This document shows positions 1 to 12,100 of a DNA stretch of 64,000 nt, one piece after another. The position numbers and the translations under genes were made by a program. The stretch is taken from NCBI GenBank assembly GCA_965153455.1, contig OZ234494.1, positions 9,052,001-9,116,000 on the forward strand, given 5' to 3'. The notes below the pieces were generated by a model. It made no database searches, was not told the origin of the DNA, and worked only from the letters and a program-made list of their open reading frames with translations. Each line of letters begins with the position of its first letter. Position 1 is the stretch's first letter. Source of the stretch: Sphagnum compactum (Eukaryota).

Positions 1-3000
1 GGGATTCTTCGTCAATGATATTGAACCTTGGTTGTCACATCAAATCACCATCGCCTTCTTCTCTTTCATGTACCCTTATTCTTTCATGAGCTTTGTCATC
101 CATATGGCTTCCTTGGTAACTTGTGTACTTGCCATGTATTCGGCCTCCGTCGTTGACAAAGCAATTATGGGTTGTTGTTTGCTACTCCACGAAGTGGCTC
201 CACCTCCCATCATGAATACAAACCCTGTGGTGGATCTCCTATCCTCAAGGTCACAGGCCCAATCCGCATCACAATATCCGACCACATCTTGGGGTGATAA
301 TCCTCCGAAGCGTAATTTGAATTGCAATGTGCCTTGCAAGTATTGAAAAATGCGCTTCACTGCAATCCAATGTTCTAGGCTTGGATTGGCCATGTGTTGA
401 CTCACCACGCTTATTGGGTATGCCAAATCAGGTCGAGTACACAACATGGCATACATCAAGGATCCCACAGCTTGTTGATAAGGAACCTTCATCATTTCAT
501 CATCCTTGTTCACATTCTTCTTTAACTTCGTCTTGGGATCAAGTGGCACTCTGATGGCTTTGCAATCCTCCATGCGAAAGCGTTTGAGAATCTCCTTGAG
601 ATACCCAATTTGGTTGATGTAAAGAAGACGTTGTGCACGATCCCTTTCCACTTCCATGCCAAGGAAAAAATGCAAATCACCAAGATCTTTCATTTCGAAC
701 TTTCGAGAAAGTTCTTTCTTCACTTGCAAAAGCTTGTCCTTATTATTGCACACCAAAATGAGATCATCGACGTAGACGACGATGAAAAATTTCACATCCT
801 CGACTTGCGCAACATACACACTAAAGTCTGCATCACTTCTCGTAAACTCGATGTTTTTCAAGAAAGCGTCTAGCTTTTGGTTCCAAGCCCTTAGATATTG
901 TTTCAAGCCATATAATGACTTGTGAAGCTTACACACAAGATGTTCACCTTCATGTGTGAATCCTTCGGGTTGCTCCATGTAGATCTCCTTTTCAAGGTCA
1001 CCATTGAGAAATGCGGTTTTGACGTCCATTTGATGAATCTCCATGTCTTCAATGGCCGCTAGTGCAAGGATACAATGAATTGACACAAACTTTGCAACGG
1101 GTGCAAAAGTTTCATTGTAATCGACTCCAAATGTTTGGGTGAAACCTCTTGCCACAAGTCTCGCCTTGTACCGTTCGACTTCACGATCGACCCCATGTTT
1201 GATTTTGAACACCCATTTGCAAGAAATGGGTTTTTTACCCTTGGGGAGTGGCACCAAGGACCAAGTGTTGTTGACAAGAAGAAGTCGTATTCTTCTTGCA
1301 TGGCAATCTCCCACTTCTTTGCATCTTCTCCATTCAACGCCTCTTCCACGGTTTGGGGTTCTTCCGAAAATGCCATGGGGGCTCGTTCCACCTCTTTGGT
1401 GGCGACCCACCAATCACGAGGTCACTCCTACGTTATCTTTGGGGCCTTTCTCTTGGTCCATCTTGTTGTGGTTCATTCAAACCCTCATCTTGTGATGAAG
1501 CAAATTCTTCTTCCGAAGAAGAGTTTGTTGTAGATTCATCACCTTCCACATCTTCCGCTGGTCTTACTTTCAAAGATATAGGATTAACATCCTTCACAAG
1601 TTCGTCGACTTCATCCACAACAAGGTGTTCTATTTGGTTTGAAAGGGGTCTCTTATCACGAACACCTTCTACTTCTTCCATCCCTTCAAGGAACACAACA
1701 TCTCGACTTTTAATGATCCTTTTGACTTATAGACACATTAAGCGATATGCTTTGGTCCCTTCACAATACCCTAGAAACACACAAGGTATGGATTTGGACT
1801 CTAATTTGCTTCTCTTTTCATCTGGAATGTGTGCAAATGTTTTGCAACCAAAAACTCTCAAATGAGATACATCCGACTTTGTACCGGTCCACGCTTCTTG
1901 TGGGGTCTTTGAATCAAGAGCTTTAGTTGGGCATCGATTCTTGATGTAAACCGTCGTGTTCACCGCCTCCGCCCAAAACTCCAAGTCAAATCCTTGTGCA
2001 CGAATCATGCTTCTAGCGCATTCCATGATGGTCCTATCGGTTCGTTCCGCAACTCCATTTTGTTGTGGTGTGTAACGTGCACTTGTTTGACGTTCGATTC
2101 CACATTCATGCAAAAAGTCATCAAACTTTTTGGACACAAATTTTCCTCCGTTGTCGGATTGCAAGGTTTTGATCTTCATGCCGGTTTGATTCTCCACTAA
2201 GGCCTTGTATGCTTTGAATTTGTCAAACACTTCTCCTTTCGCTTTCAAGAGGTAAACATGAGTTTTTCTCGAAAAATCATCGATGAAGGTGACAAAGTAT
2301 CGTGCTCCACCACGAGATGTGGTCTTCATCGGTCCGCACACATCGCTATGCATTAGTTCCAAAAGCTTGGAAGCCCTACTTGCTTCATCTTTAGGAAAAG
2401 ATGTCCTTTGATGTTTGCCTTCAATGCAAGCTTCACACACATGGTGCAATGGCATTTCTTTCAAATTCATGCCATTGACCATATTCTCCAACTTCTTAAG
2501 ACTCGCCATGTTGAGGTGGCCAAATCTTTGGTGCCAAAGCGTAGCTCCTTCATTCGAAGACTTTGCCACATTCGCACTCTCCTTTCAAACATTGACGTTG
2601 AGAAGATACAAGTTCTTCTCCCTTCGTGCTTGCACCACAACGATCCATGGACATTGTTGACCTTACAACCATCCTTGTCAAATTCCACTTTCAAGCCTTC
2701 CGAAATGAGTTTGCTAACAAAAATGAAACTATTTTTCATTTTCGGAACATGAAGAACTTGTGTGATGGTTGTAAGCAACATTTTACCTCCAACTTACATT
2801 GTGGCCTTGATGCTCCCTTTGCCAATGGCCTCCAAAATGGTGTTATCTCCCATGTACACCTTTCGTGCAACAATGGATTCGTAAGTGGTGAACCACTCTC
2901 GTTCGAACGTCATGTGTTGCGTTGCGCCCGAATCGATGATCCAATCGTTTCTCACATGATCATTAGCACTCAAGGCGGTAACAAACATTTGTTATTGATC

Positions 3001-3722
3001 ATCACAAGTTTGGTTTGCTTTCTCATCACTCTTCTTCTTCAAACAATTCCTCACAAAGTGTCCGGGTTTTTTACAATAAAAGCAAAGCTTTTCATTTGCC
3101 TTATGGGTTTTGTTAAGCAATGCGGCATTCTCTTTACTTTCACTTTCTTTTATTTTGGAAACCTCATGAAGCAATCGAGCGACGATGAATTGAAGGTCAA
3201 CATCCTTGGTTGACATGGACTCCAAATTCGTGACCAAGTTATCAAAAGATGGGGGAAGGCTCATGAGAAGTACCATGTAGACGTCCTCATCTTCAATGTT
3301 CACCTCAATGGAACGTAATTGATCCGCAAGCGCCTTCACCATGTTGATGTGCATAAGCAAGTCCTCCCCTTCTTGCATTTTGATGGTGAAGAACCTCCTT
3401 CGAAGAAACAACTTGTTTCCGATGGTCTTGGCTTCGTGGACACCGCAAAGTGTTTCCCAAGCGCTTTTGACATTTTGCAATATTAAATGTGTGCAAGTTG
3501 TGCATCCGTGAGATGTTCACAAAGTAGTGCAAATGCCTTGGTCGCCTTTTCGTTATAATCCGTGATTTGATCTTCATCATGGGGAATTGTTGCACTCCCA
3601 TCAACAAACTTCCAAAGCCCGTGCTTAAAAAGCATCATGCGCATCTTGAACTTCCAAAGGTGAAAGTTGCCACCATCAAACTTTTCCATGACTTTCAAAG
3701 ACTCCATTTGGAATGATGACAT
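1..3722 (-). pseudogene. Copia gag-pol polyprotein broken by several stops and frameshifts
   Basis: Gag start MSSFQMESLKVMEKFDGGNFHLWKFKM (ATG 3722); zinc knuckle CFYCKKPGHFVRNC; protease WIIDSGATQHM; GAG-pre-integrase LWHQRFGHLN..CEAC; integrase HSDVCGPM / SDNGG / QQNGVAER; RT QMDVKTAFLNG and YVDDL; RNase H DADWA..RRSTTG..LSTTEAEY. Premature stops at about 3483, 2992, 2794, 1433 and 76, plus frame changes. Confidence 0.95.
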
Positions 3723-4403
3723 TTTGTTGAACATAAATGCTAAAACAAACACTCTATGTTTTTTGTATTCAAATGAAGTGCAAGTGGGAGAATTTGAAGT
3801 TGAAAAACTTGCTAATGTTTGAAGACCTCACTTGAAATCTGTCCCACTCAATGGCTATATGTCACAAAACAAAACCCTTACAAGAAACCCTCAAACACTT
3901 GAAAAACTTTCTTGCACAAACTTGAAATTTGGCTTGAAACTTGTAGGATTGGCAAAGAACTTTCTTTAACACATTTGAAACTTAAACCTTTCAACAACTT
4001 GAAAAAAAAAACTTCTCTTACACCTCAAACTTCAATGTTGAAACTTTCAACAACTCGAAGAACTCTCTTCCACACACTTTTTCAAACTTCAACGTTGAAA
4101 ACCTCAAAAACTTGAAGAACTCTCTTTCACACTTTTGAACTTAAAACTTGAAACTTAAAGACTTGAAGAACACTCTTCCACACTTAAGAACTTACAACAC
4201 TTTGAAGAAGTCTCTTCCACACCTCCCACTCACTTGGAAAAGTTGTAAGCTCCTTATATGCCACCACTTGGAAATGAACTCCCACTCACTTTGCAAACTA
4301 AAAACCTTCTCTCAAAAGGATTCTCTCCTTTTTTCTATGCAATACAATCTCAGAACCTTTCACTACTTCTTGTTCTAACACAATGTCCTTTCTCTTGCTT
4401 GGT

Positions 4404-4417
4404 GTGGGCCCATAACC
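4404..4417 (-). promoter_or_regulatory. Primer-binding site complementary to the internal (anticodon-arm) part of initiator tRNA-Met (half-tRNA type)
   Basis: The minus strand reads GGTTATGGGCCCAC directly after the LTR end. This is complementary to GUGGGCCCAUAACC of plant tRNAi-Met rather than to its 3' CCA end. Confidence 0.85.
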
Positions 4418-4881
4418 TATTGGAAACAACTTGAAAACAAGCAAGAAATGAAAGCTTCAAGGTTCATGAAATGGAACAATTGTATTAACTAACAAGAAAA
4501 TTACAAAGGTTGTATGCTTCAAATGCTACAATCACAAAACTATGGCTTGCAACAACTAACAAAGCTTGAAGGTTCTATGTGCACACAAAAACCATGAAAG
4601 GAGAGAATGAAAAACTATTCAAAACCATTCCATTATATACTAACTCCTAAACCTAAAGTAGCCGCCACTTAACCCTAACCTAGCCGCCACCTAACCCTAG
4701 CCGCCACCAAACCCTAACCCTAGCCGCCGCCAAGCCCTAAGTAGCCTCCACTTCCAAACCCTAGCCACCACTATTCAACTTAACCTAACTACTATAAGGA
4801 TGTGAATACTATTCATCCTTTTGATGAATGTTTCACACATTCATCAACATTGGGAATTAGAAACGAATAGTATTTCTAACA
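4418..4881 (-). repeat. 5' LTR of the Copia element (~464 bp)
   Basis: On the minus strand it starts TGTTAGAAA (4881) and ends TTTCCAATA (4418), an imperfect terminal inverted repeat with CA apparently mutated to TA. It abuts the PBS. TATA-like GTATATAATG at 4631-4640. The partner LTR is outside the window. Confidence 0.8.
4648..4770. promoter_or_regulatory. Short tandem repeats in LTR U3 made of GCC-box cores alternating with telo-box-like motifs
   Basis: AGCCGCC at 4660, 4682, 4699 and 4722 (degenerate at ~4743 and ~4763), separated by AACCCTA/AAACCCTA. Lies just upstream of the TATA box in element orientation. Confidence 0.6.
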
Positions 4882-6170
4882 ATTACCCTAATGAAATGCA
4901 TGTGTGAATTGGTTGGATATGATATTGTAAATGTGTCCATAGGGTATTGCATTGTTCAATTAGATGATATGAAATATAACCTAGACATGAGGGTATTGCA
5001 TAAAACCAAAATAATCTAGTAATTGCATTTTTGAATCAAATGAAGTGAAATATATTATCTTGGGCATGAGTATTGCATAACAACAAAATAATCTATTGCA
5101 TTTGCATTACTTTGATGAGGGTAATGCATGTGTGAATTGGGCTGGATATTATATTGTTAATGTGTCCATAGGGTATTACACAAATGAAATAAATGAGATA
5201 AAATAGTTACAATTAGACCTACTCGTTTATTGGAAAACAATGAAATGATTCAATTTGCAATACCTTGATGAGGGTAATGCATATGGGCATTAGGTTGGAT
5301 ATGTTATTTCTAACATGTCCTTGGGGTATTGCATTATAATAAATTTGTTGTGCTCATGCATTAGTCTAATGACGGTATTGAAAAAAGAAATAAGGTGCAA
5401 TATGATGTTTTCACTTTGCCTTGGCAGTATTGCATGTCAATAAAATCATCTAGTTGGCGTGCATTACCCTTATGAAGGCAATGTGATGACTAATTAATTT
5501 TGCAAGTTGTGCTAAATGTATGACATGAGTTCAAAATCTAATAATTGTGAGGAAGTTCAATAAGGGTATTGCAAGAACAATTACATTAGTGGATTTATGT
5601 GACTTGAGTAAAAATATCAAGTTCATTTGCAATACTCTCATATATGATTTAATTGTTGAGTTTTATAAGGCTACAGAAAATAAATCTAGTTTAGTTGCAA
5701 TACCTTCAATTGGGTCATTGCAACATTGTTTTCCACAAGCATAAAGTTACATGGTCTAGTAGGAAGGTAGGTAGGAAACAGAATGAAACAACTTGTCTAG
5801 TATATTGCAATACTTTCATCGACCTGCATCATCGTTGCGTTGGTGGAGATTTAATGTGTAGGTACATAGGTAGGTAGGTTGATGGGAAGGTAGGTAGATG
5901 GGTGGGTAGGTGGGGGAGGGAGGAGGCTAGGGTGCATAGGTAGTAGTCTAAATGTATGTAGGTAGGTGAGACCTGGGCGGGCGTGGGGGTGAGGAAAAAA
6001 CAAAGTTCCCAAAAAAAGAACCAACCTGGGCTGAGGAAAGGAAAAAAAAAAGGTGAACTTGAGTTCGCCACCTTGGTTAGCCCAGGGACAGGGGGAGACG
6101 AAAAAGGTGCACCCACAAGCGCACCATCCATCCACATGGGTGCACTGGTGGGTGCTGGTTCACTCTAGCC
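4882..6170. mobile_element. Terminal arm of a MULE related to the 28313-43358 element; the Copia element appears to be inserted into it
   Basis: The TIR at 6139-6170 (reverse complement GGCTAGAGTGAACCAGCACCCACCAGTGCACC) matches the big element's TIR at 26/32 positions. G-rich GTAG subterminal tract at 5860-5990; about a dozen GTATTGC/GCAATAC-like motifs in 4940-5815. Confidence 0.7.
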
Positions 6171-6198
6171 CAGCAAAGGGAGAAAGACTTCCTAGGAC

Positions 6199-6509
6199 AG
6201 GACGTTAAATCAGGAATGGGTCCTTGTTGCACACAGTACAACAAACAGTACAAGAGTATTGTCTGCTTCTTCTTTTTTTTCTTGTCTGCCCTTGGCCTGA
6301 TCCATTTTTTTGAAAAAACTGTTTTATGATACCCAAAAATAAATATCATGCATGCTTTTTGAGGGCATGCATGATAAGATTTTTTTGGCAAGGGCAGCAT
6401 CAAGATGTGTCTGGTCAGGAAACTGGGCAGTCAGGGAAAAAAAAGAAGCTGACACGCTACTACTTTTGTACTGTCAGAAATAAGGAGCCATTGTTGATTT
6501 TAAAGTCCT
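6199..6509. mobile_element. ~310-bp foldback MITE-like element
   Basis: AGGACGTTAAATCAGGAATGGGTCCTTGTTGCACACAGTACAA pairs with the reverse complement of TTGTACTGTCAGAAATAAGGAGCCATTGTTGATTTTAAAGTCCT. Central palindrome TATCATGCATGC...GCATGCATGATA at 6343-6374. No TSD resolved. Confidence 0.55.
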
Positions 6510-9009
6510 CCCTCTGATCATGAGTGATGAGATAGGGACCACTTCCCACCTCCATTTACCAAAGGCAATGTACTTCATATATGGCCACATAGTAGTAGCT
6601 AGGCCCCCATATATAATTGGTGAGGTACACCACATGGGGCTTTTACAGTTTCACATCCTATGATGATGGTGGCAAGGTTATTAGTAGTTATTACCTTCAT
6701 GCCAGCCATCCACATTGAAAGTAGTGGATTTTATTTTATTTTTTCAATTTTGTGATATTGAAAATTTGGCAAAATCCCCCCACCCCCCCCCCCCAAGAAG
6801 AAGAAGGGGAAAAAAAAAGCCTAGCAAAATTAGTCAAATTTGCACTACCTTTGTAATTAAAAAATCCAAAAATTTCAATTATTTTTTTTGTTGAAAAAAA
6901 GAACCTACTTTTGCTCCAAAAAACCACTTTGATTCAAAGTGGGCTTGTCCCAAAGTTGTGTGGGTTGGTGGAAACTAAATGGATAGTCTAGTACACCCCT
7001 GCCACAACTATCTAACCCTTTCCTTTAAGCACAGCTTAAGTATTTGAGCTTCCTATATATTTGTATTATATGACATTATGTGATAATAAATAAATAAATA
7101 AAATTATATATTCTAAATCTATTATATTTATATACATGAATGAAAGAAAATTTATCACTGTTTGCAGAATGTAAGAACTAAGAACTCTACTCCAATTCAA
7201 TCTAAGAAGGAATTGGGGGTGATTTTCACTAAATTAAATCCCAATTATTTATTTAGTGCAATTGGTTATCTTGGAAGTCTCTTTGAAACTTTAAAACCAT
7301 AGTGGATTGGAATAATACATTGATTTCCTAAATTTGATTTTCCAACTTTCAGGTTCCAATTTGTGAATGATTTTATGTCAAGTAAAAATCCCAAAAAAGT
7401 GTAGGCTCGTCTGATTTTGGGGAAATGTTTTTAAATGATAAAATGCATATTATTATTTTTCGAAAATAAATTCACTGTTGACAATTATTGGAATGAATGA
7501 TGATTGCATTAGCTACTATGGAGGCAATATTTACAAAAGTCTTTCATCAAAATCATAAAATAAACATGAGTAGTTGTGAGCTCCCTTGAGCTTCCTAGAA
7601 ATGTATTCAACTCTATGGTTGTTGCAATATCTGATTGTATTGAGAAAAAATGAAGTCTAGAATCATCATGCTTTCTTTGCCTACAACATATTATGTGTAT
7701 TCAAGGTATGTTCTAGTTTCTAATTACATGTCAAGAACAAAAATTGTTCAAAATAAAGGTCAATGATTCTTGATTACTACTTTGTACCTAATATCAATGT
7801 GCATGTTCCCCAACAAAACCACATGTTGAAATCTCTAATTGTTTTTTAAATTTATGCAATTTGAGTAGCAATTTCAATAAGGATATGTAGCATAACTCAA
7901 TATTAGTGTGTCAGAGAATTATAATGGTCATTTTGAGGCTCGTTAGAAGGAACAAAAGGTTTTACGAGTTTTTCCAAAAGGTTGTAGAAGACATCAAATG
8001 ATGCTAAAGATGTTTTACTGTCCTTCGCAACAAATGCAAAGACAAAAAAGTAAAGGTGTAAAATACAAGATATCCATGGTATGATCTCTCCTTTAATTTT
8101 AACTAGTTGTAAACATAATTGAACTTGAAATTATCTCTTTTTTTTATAATACATAACAATCTTTATTCCTGAAAGGAAAGATGCATAACAATGGATCTTC
8201 TTTGGAATAACTTAAGTGAAATATAAAAATCATTAACCTCCCTTCCCTACTACTTCTAGAGCTTTAAGTCCAAACTTTTTAGTCTTTTAAACTAGTTCTA
8301 TGTTATTAGTTGTTTTATTCATGTGTGCTTCAAGATCATCTATTTTTATCCCTAAAGGGCAATCTACTTCTAGCATTATGGTGTTGTAGACCCAAATGAA
8401 TGCATAGTCCCTTGCCTAAATGCATAACCAAACCCCTCAAACAATCATATTCTGAGGTATGACTTTTAAGCCATCACACGTGGTGGGTAATCCTTTCAAT
8501 GTCTTTCACTGTTCACCCATGGACTCCAATCCACTAGACCAAGTATGTCTTATTATTCATCACAATGATTGATCAAATCCCCCCATATTTGTTTATGAAA
8601 AGTGATGTCAAGTACTATGGACCTAGAAGCTTTCCCCCTTACGCATGAAATCAAAATGGACATGGTAAGAACACTTTGGCAATAAAACATAATAGGAACA
8701 CAATTTTTTCAATTGAAGTTTCAAGGTTACATAATGTGTAAGGTCATGTGCTTTGCTTAACATAGATTTGCAAACATTAGCATAATTATAAGATTGCATC
8801 ATAGTCATCCTTATCAATTGTGATGGATATAAACTGGCATGTTTAAAGGGATGCAGGGAAATGTAGATCCTTTGGGGTTGCTTCCATTTTTTTTCAAATT
8901 TTGGTGTGTGAACAAATGTAGGGTGCAACTAATTCATTATGAGAATTTTTTTAATATTTTCAATTTAATAAAATATACCTTCAAACCCCTCCCCCCGCCC
9001 CTTATGTCA

Positions 9010-9190
9010 TCCTGTTTTGACCCCCTCTTTCCTTTTCCCTGAGGGCCTCCACTGCTAGTACATATATTTTCACTGCTCCTACATGTAGGACTACTATAAT
9101 TATTCTTGTAACTCTCTACATAATTAAATGTTGAGTTTCAGCATTTCATACCCCAAATTTAATAAAATTTTCTTACTTTGTGGACCTCAC
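9010..9190 (-). repeat. Inverted paralog of the sequence into which the 15-kb MULE inserted (empty site)
   Basis: Its reverse complement aligns with 28160-28312 (..GTATGAAATGCTGAAACTCA..TAATTATAGTAGTCCT..GCAGTGGAGG..AAAGGAAAGAGGG) and contains a single AGGAAAGAG. Confidence 0.8.
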
Positions 9191-12100
9191 TCAAAGGGGG
9201 GATGAGGGATGAAAGGGGGCCCAAAGACAGGGTGAAGACAGGGTGACTTTCTGGAAAATTCTATTACATGCCCTTTAATCACACAGTTTCCAAACAATTC
9301 AACAAAAATTATAGATGTTGGTAATACAGTCTTGGATGGATGGTAGGATATTGATCAAAATGAAAACACAACAATTCACTATGATATGATTTTGTATTTT
9401 GCACACTTGTGCACAGACTTCACATTGAGGGGCATGAACTACCCCATGTACCTTGGCATGTATATTGTTAATAAGTGCACATGTGCCTATACTCTATTTT
9501 CCAATTGGAATAATTGCATTGAATAGACAAAACACACACAACTTTAAGTAAATGGAAACAACCAAAAAATTCAGTATGTATTTATTCCATTGTGATCATA
9601 ATTTTATTTTTTAAATGACATTCTTGGCTTACTTTTTAATTCCACTCACAAAAGTTTTTGAGGATCTAGTTTATGGGTGATTGTTTAGAATCTATTGTAT
9701 GGTCATCCTTCAACAAGTGTAAACACAATTCCTATCATATGGTCATCTTTGGACAATTCCACAGACAATTTCAAATACAATTACCTCATTTCCAAGCCTA
9801 ACTAGATCCATTTTTATAACTATCTCTGACTCCTTTCCCTACCCACCAACATGGATATGAAAAGGCAAATTAACATTTGTCTTTTCATGTCCATGATATT
9901 TATATTAATTCAAATTAAATTTTGCATTAACATAAATAATGATGAATTATTGAAAACCATCTGAAAACCTAAGAAAAAAAAGCTTGATTGTCACTAATAA
10001 TGTGCAGTAGTGTAGAGCACAAATATGTAATATATGCCATTAACTACCAATGTAGAAAATAAAATTGTGTTGGGGTATCACAACCTACAAAAGTTCCTTC
10101 CTTCCCTACCTTTATTCTTTGGTTCACCAGGTTAGTTCCCTATTATAGGTATGCCTATTTGAAATGCAAATGGGAAGTAAGAAATCCGACACATTAAAAA
10201 AAAATAGGGCCCATTATAAGAATTAGGCCTCAATAGATTAGGTGTTAACTTTTTTATTAGTTTTTTTTAGGTTCAATGAATTTTGTTGATTGTCACATTT
10301 GTCTTGAAAACTTATCCAACATTTTTCAAAATGTTGAAAAAAGTTTTAAAATGGAAAGAAATCAAATGAAGGTGTTATTATTTGGGTGATATGTTTACTA
10401 CTGTATTTTCATGTACTATCTTGATAAATTTGATAAATTTGCAAATACAATTTTTAAAATAATGTTTTGAAGCAAAAACATTATTGTTCTAGACATACCT
10501 GTATAATTTCTAATTTGATGGAAATACATATTATAAATGTACTCCATTTCAATGTTAAGGTGTTGAAAAGTCAATTTAGATCCACCTTTTCGAAAACAAA
10601 TGCAATGCATGTTATTATCCCATGATATATTGGAGAAATGCGAAGATGGTACCATTGTTTTAATGTAAAAAAGATATTGGGAGTTAACCACACTTTAATA
10701 AAGTGTTTAACGTGATCAAGAAATATGTTGACATGCATATAACAAAGCATTAAAAATCGTGATTTATAATTAAACGTGAGTGAATACATTTGATTTCACA
10801 ACTTTGAAATTTTAATCCTTATACAATAAAAGCTTCCACCAATTTAAAAGACATCATTTGTGATTGTCATTTGCAACTAAATTTTTGTCACAAATGACAC
10901 TTGCGACTAAATATCAGCATAACAACAAGAAACAAGTTGTTAATAACGTTAGTCACAAGTGATAGATGAAATTATTTTTTTTATAATGATTTTATGCATG
11001 TATCCAAGGATGAGTTCATGCGACTACAATGCACAACCATAGCTTGTTCACACATGTACCCTAAGAATGTGACATGTGACATCATTTGGATTTCTCAAAA
11101 TATTTTGCCAAACAAATATTTCCTTTTTTTTTCAACCATTCGATTAAAGTAATTAAATTTTGCCACATGGTGGCCTAAGATTGTGCCATGTGGCAACTTA
11201 ATATTGCCTTATAATCATCAAGGTTTAACTTAGGGTTAGACCATTTATCATAAGCCACGAGGCACCTAAGCTAGGCCACCTAACCTAGTTAGGTGCCTAA
11301 GGTACCTAGCCTAATTTCAAGCTAGATGATGTGGCATCTAGGTTAAGCCTAAGCCACCTATCCATAGGTTTAGCCTAGGTAGGTCCTTAGGTTTAGGTCC
11401 AAAACTTTTACAACAAAATCCTATTTTATTTTAAGTTTAACCTTTTGGGTGGAGTCTATGTGATTAGCTCCTCCCACATGGCAATTGAAAAAATTGAATG
11501 TGTTTACTACACCAAACCAACCTAGTTATGTAGTTTGTGAATTTGAAAGGGAAGACAAACAATATGGGATAAAATTGTAGCTTAATCACATAATTATAAC
11601 CTAGTTGCAACTATACCCTAACACATACCATTGCATAGCCTATCTATTAAGTAGCATAGGTTCTTACTAGGTACCTATTTAGACAATATTTATGTTAAAT
11701 ACATATTTAGATAACCTCTAGATAATTATTTATTTTAAATACCTATTTAGATAGCTTTTAAATAATCACTTAAATAGCCTAAAAATAGTTAGTGGGTATG
11801 TAGGTACGTACGTAGGTATTTAGTAAGTAGGTAAGAGGCACATAATAGGTAGATAGGTATGTGGGAGGTAGGTTTTATTACATAGGTATATAGCTAGTAA
11901 AAAATAAATATTTTCTAAAAAGGAAGGTAGGTCTTTAATAAGTACGTAGATATATATGTATAGATATGTATGTATCATTAAATAGTCTATATGTGTAGCT
12001 ACTAAATAATATACGTACCTTATGCAACTATAATGTGACTATCTTGGTTACATGTGTAATTAAATGTATATATGATGTTGTATAAAGTACAAAAACATCA

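Larger units (their letters stand above)
1..4881 (-). mobile_element. Ty1/Copia LTR retrotransposon, disabled; 3' end runs off the window start
   Basis: Minus-strand domain order is gag-PR-IN-RT-RNaseH (Copia order). A 5' LTR (4418-4881) and PBS lie upstream of gag. Confidence 0.95.

Noticed and set aside
32-3213. Plus-strand ORFs over the Copia element
   Set aside because: Antisense shadows of gag-pol with no independent motifs.
7900-8900. Possible decayed coding fragment of another transposon
   Set aside because: Short coding-like stretches only; no motif that I could assign.
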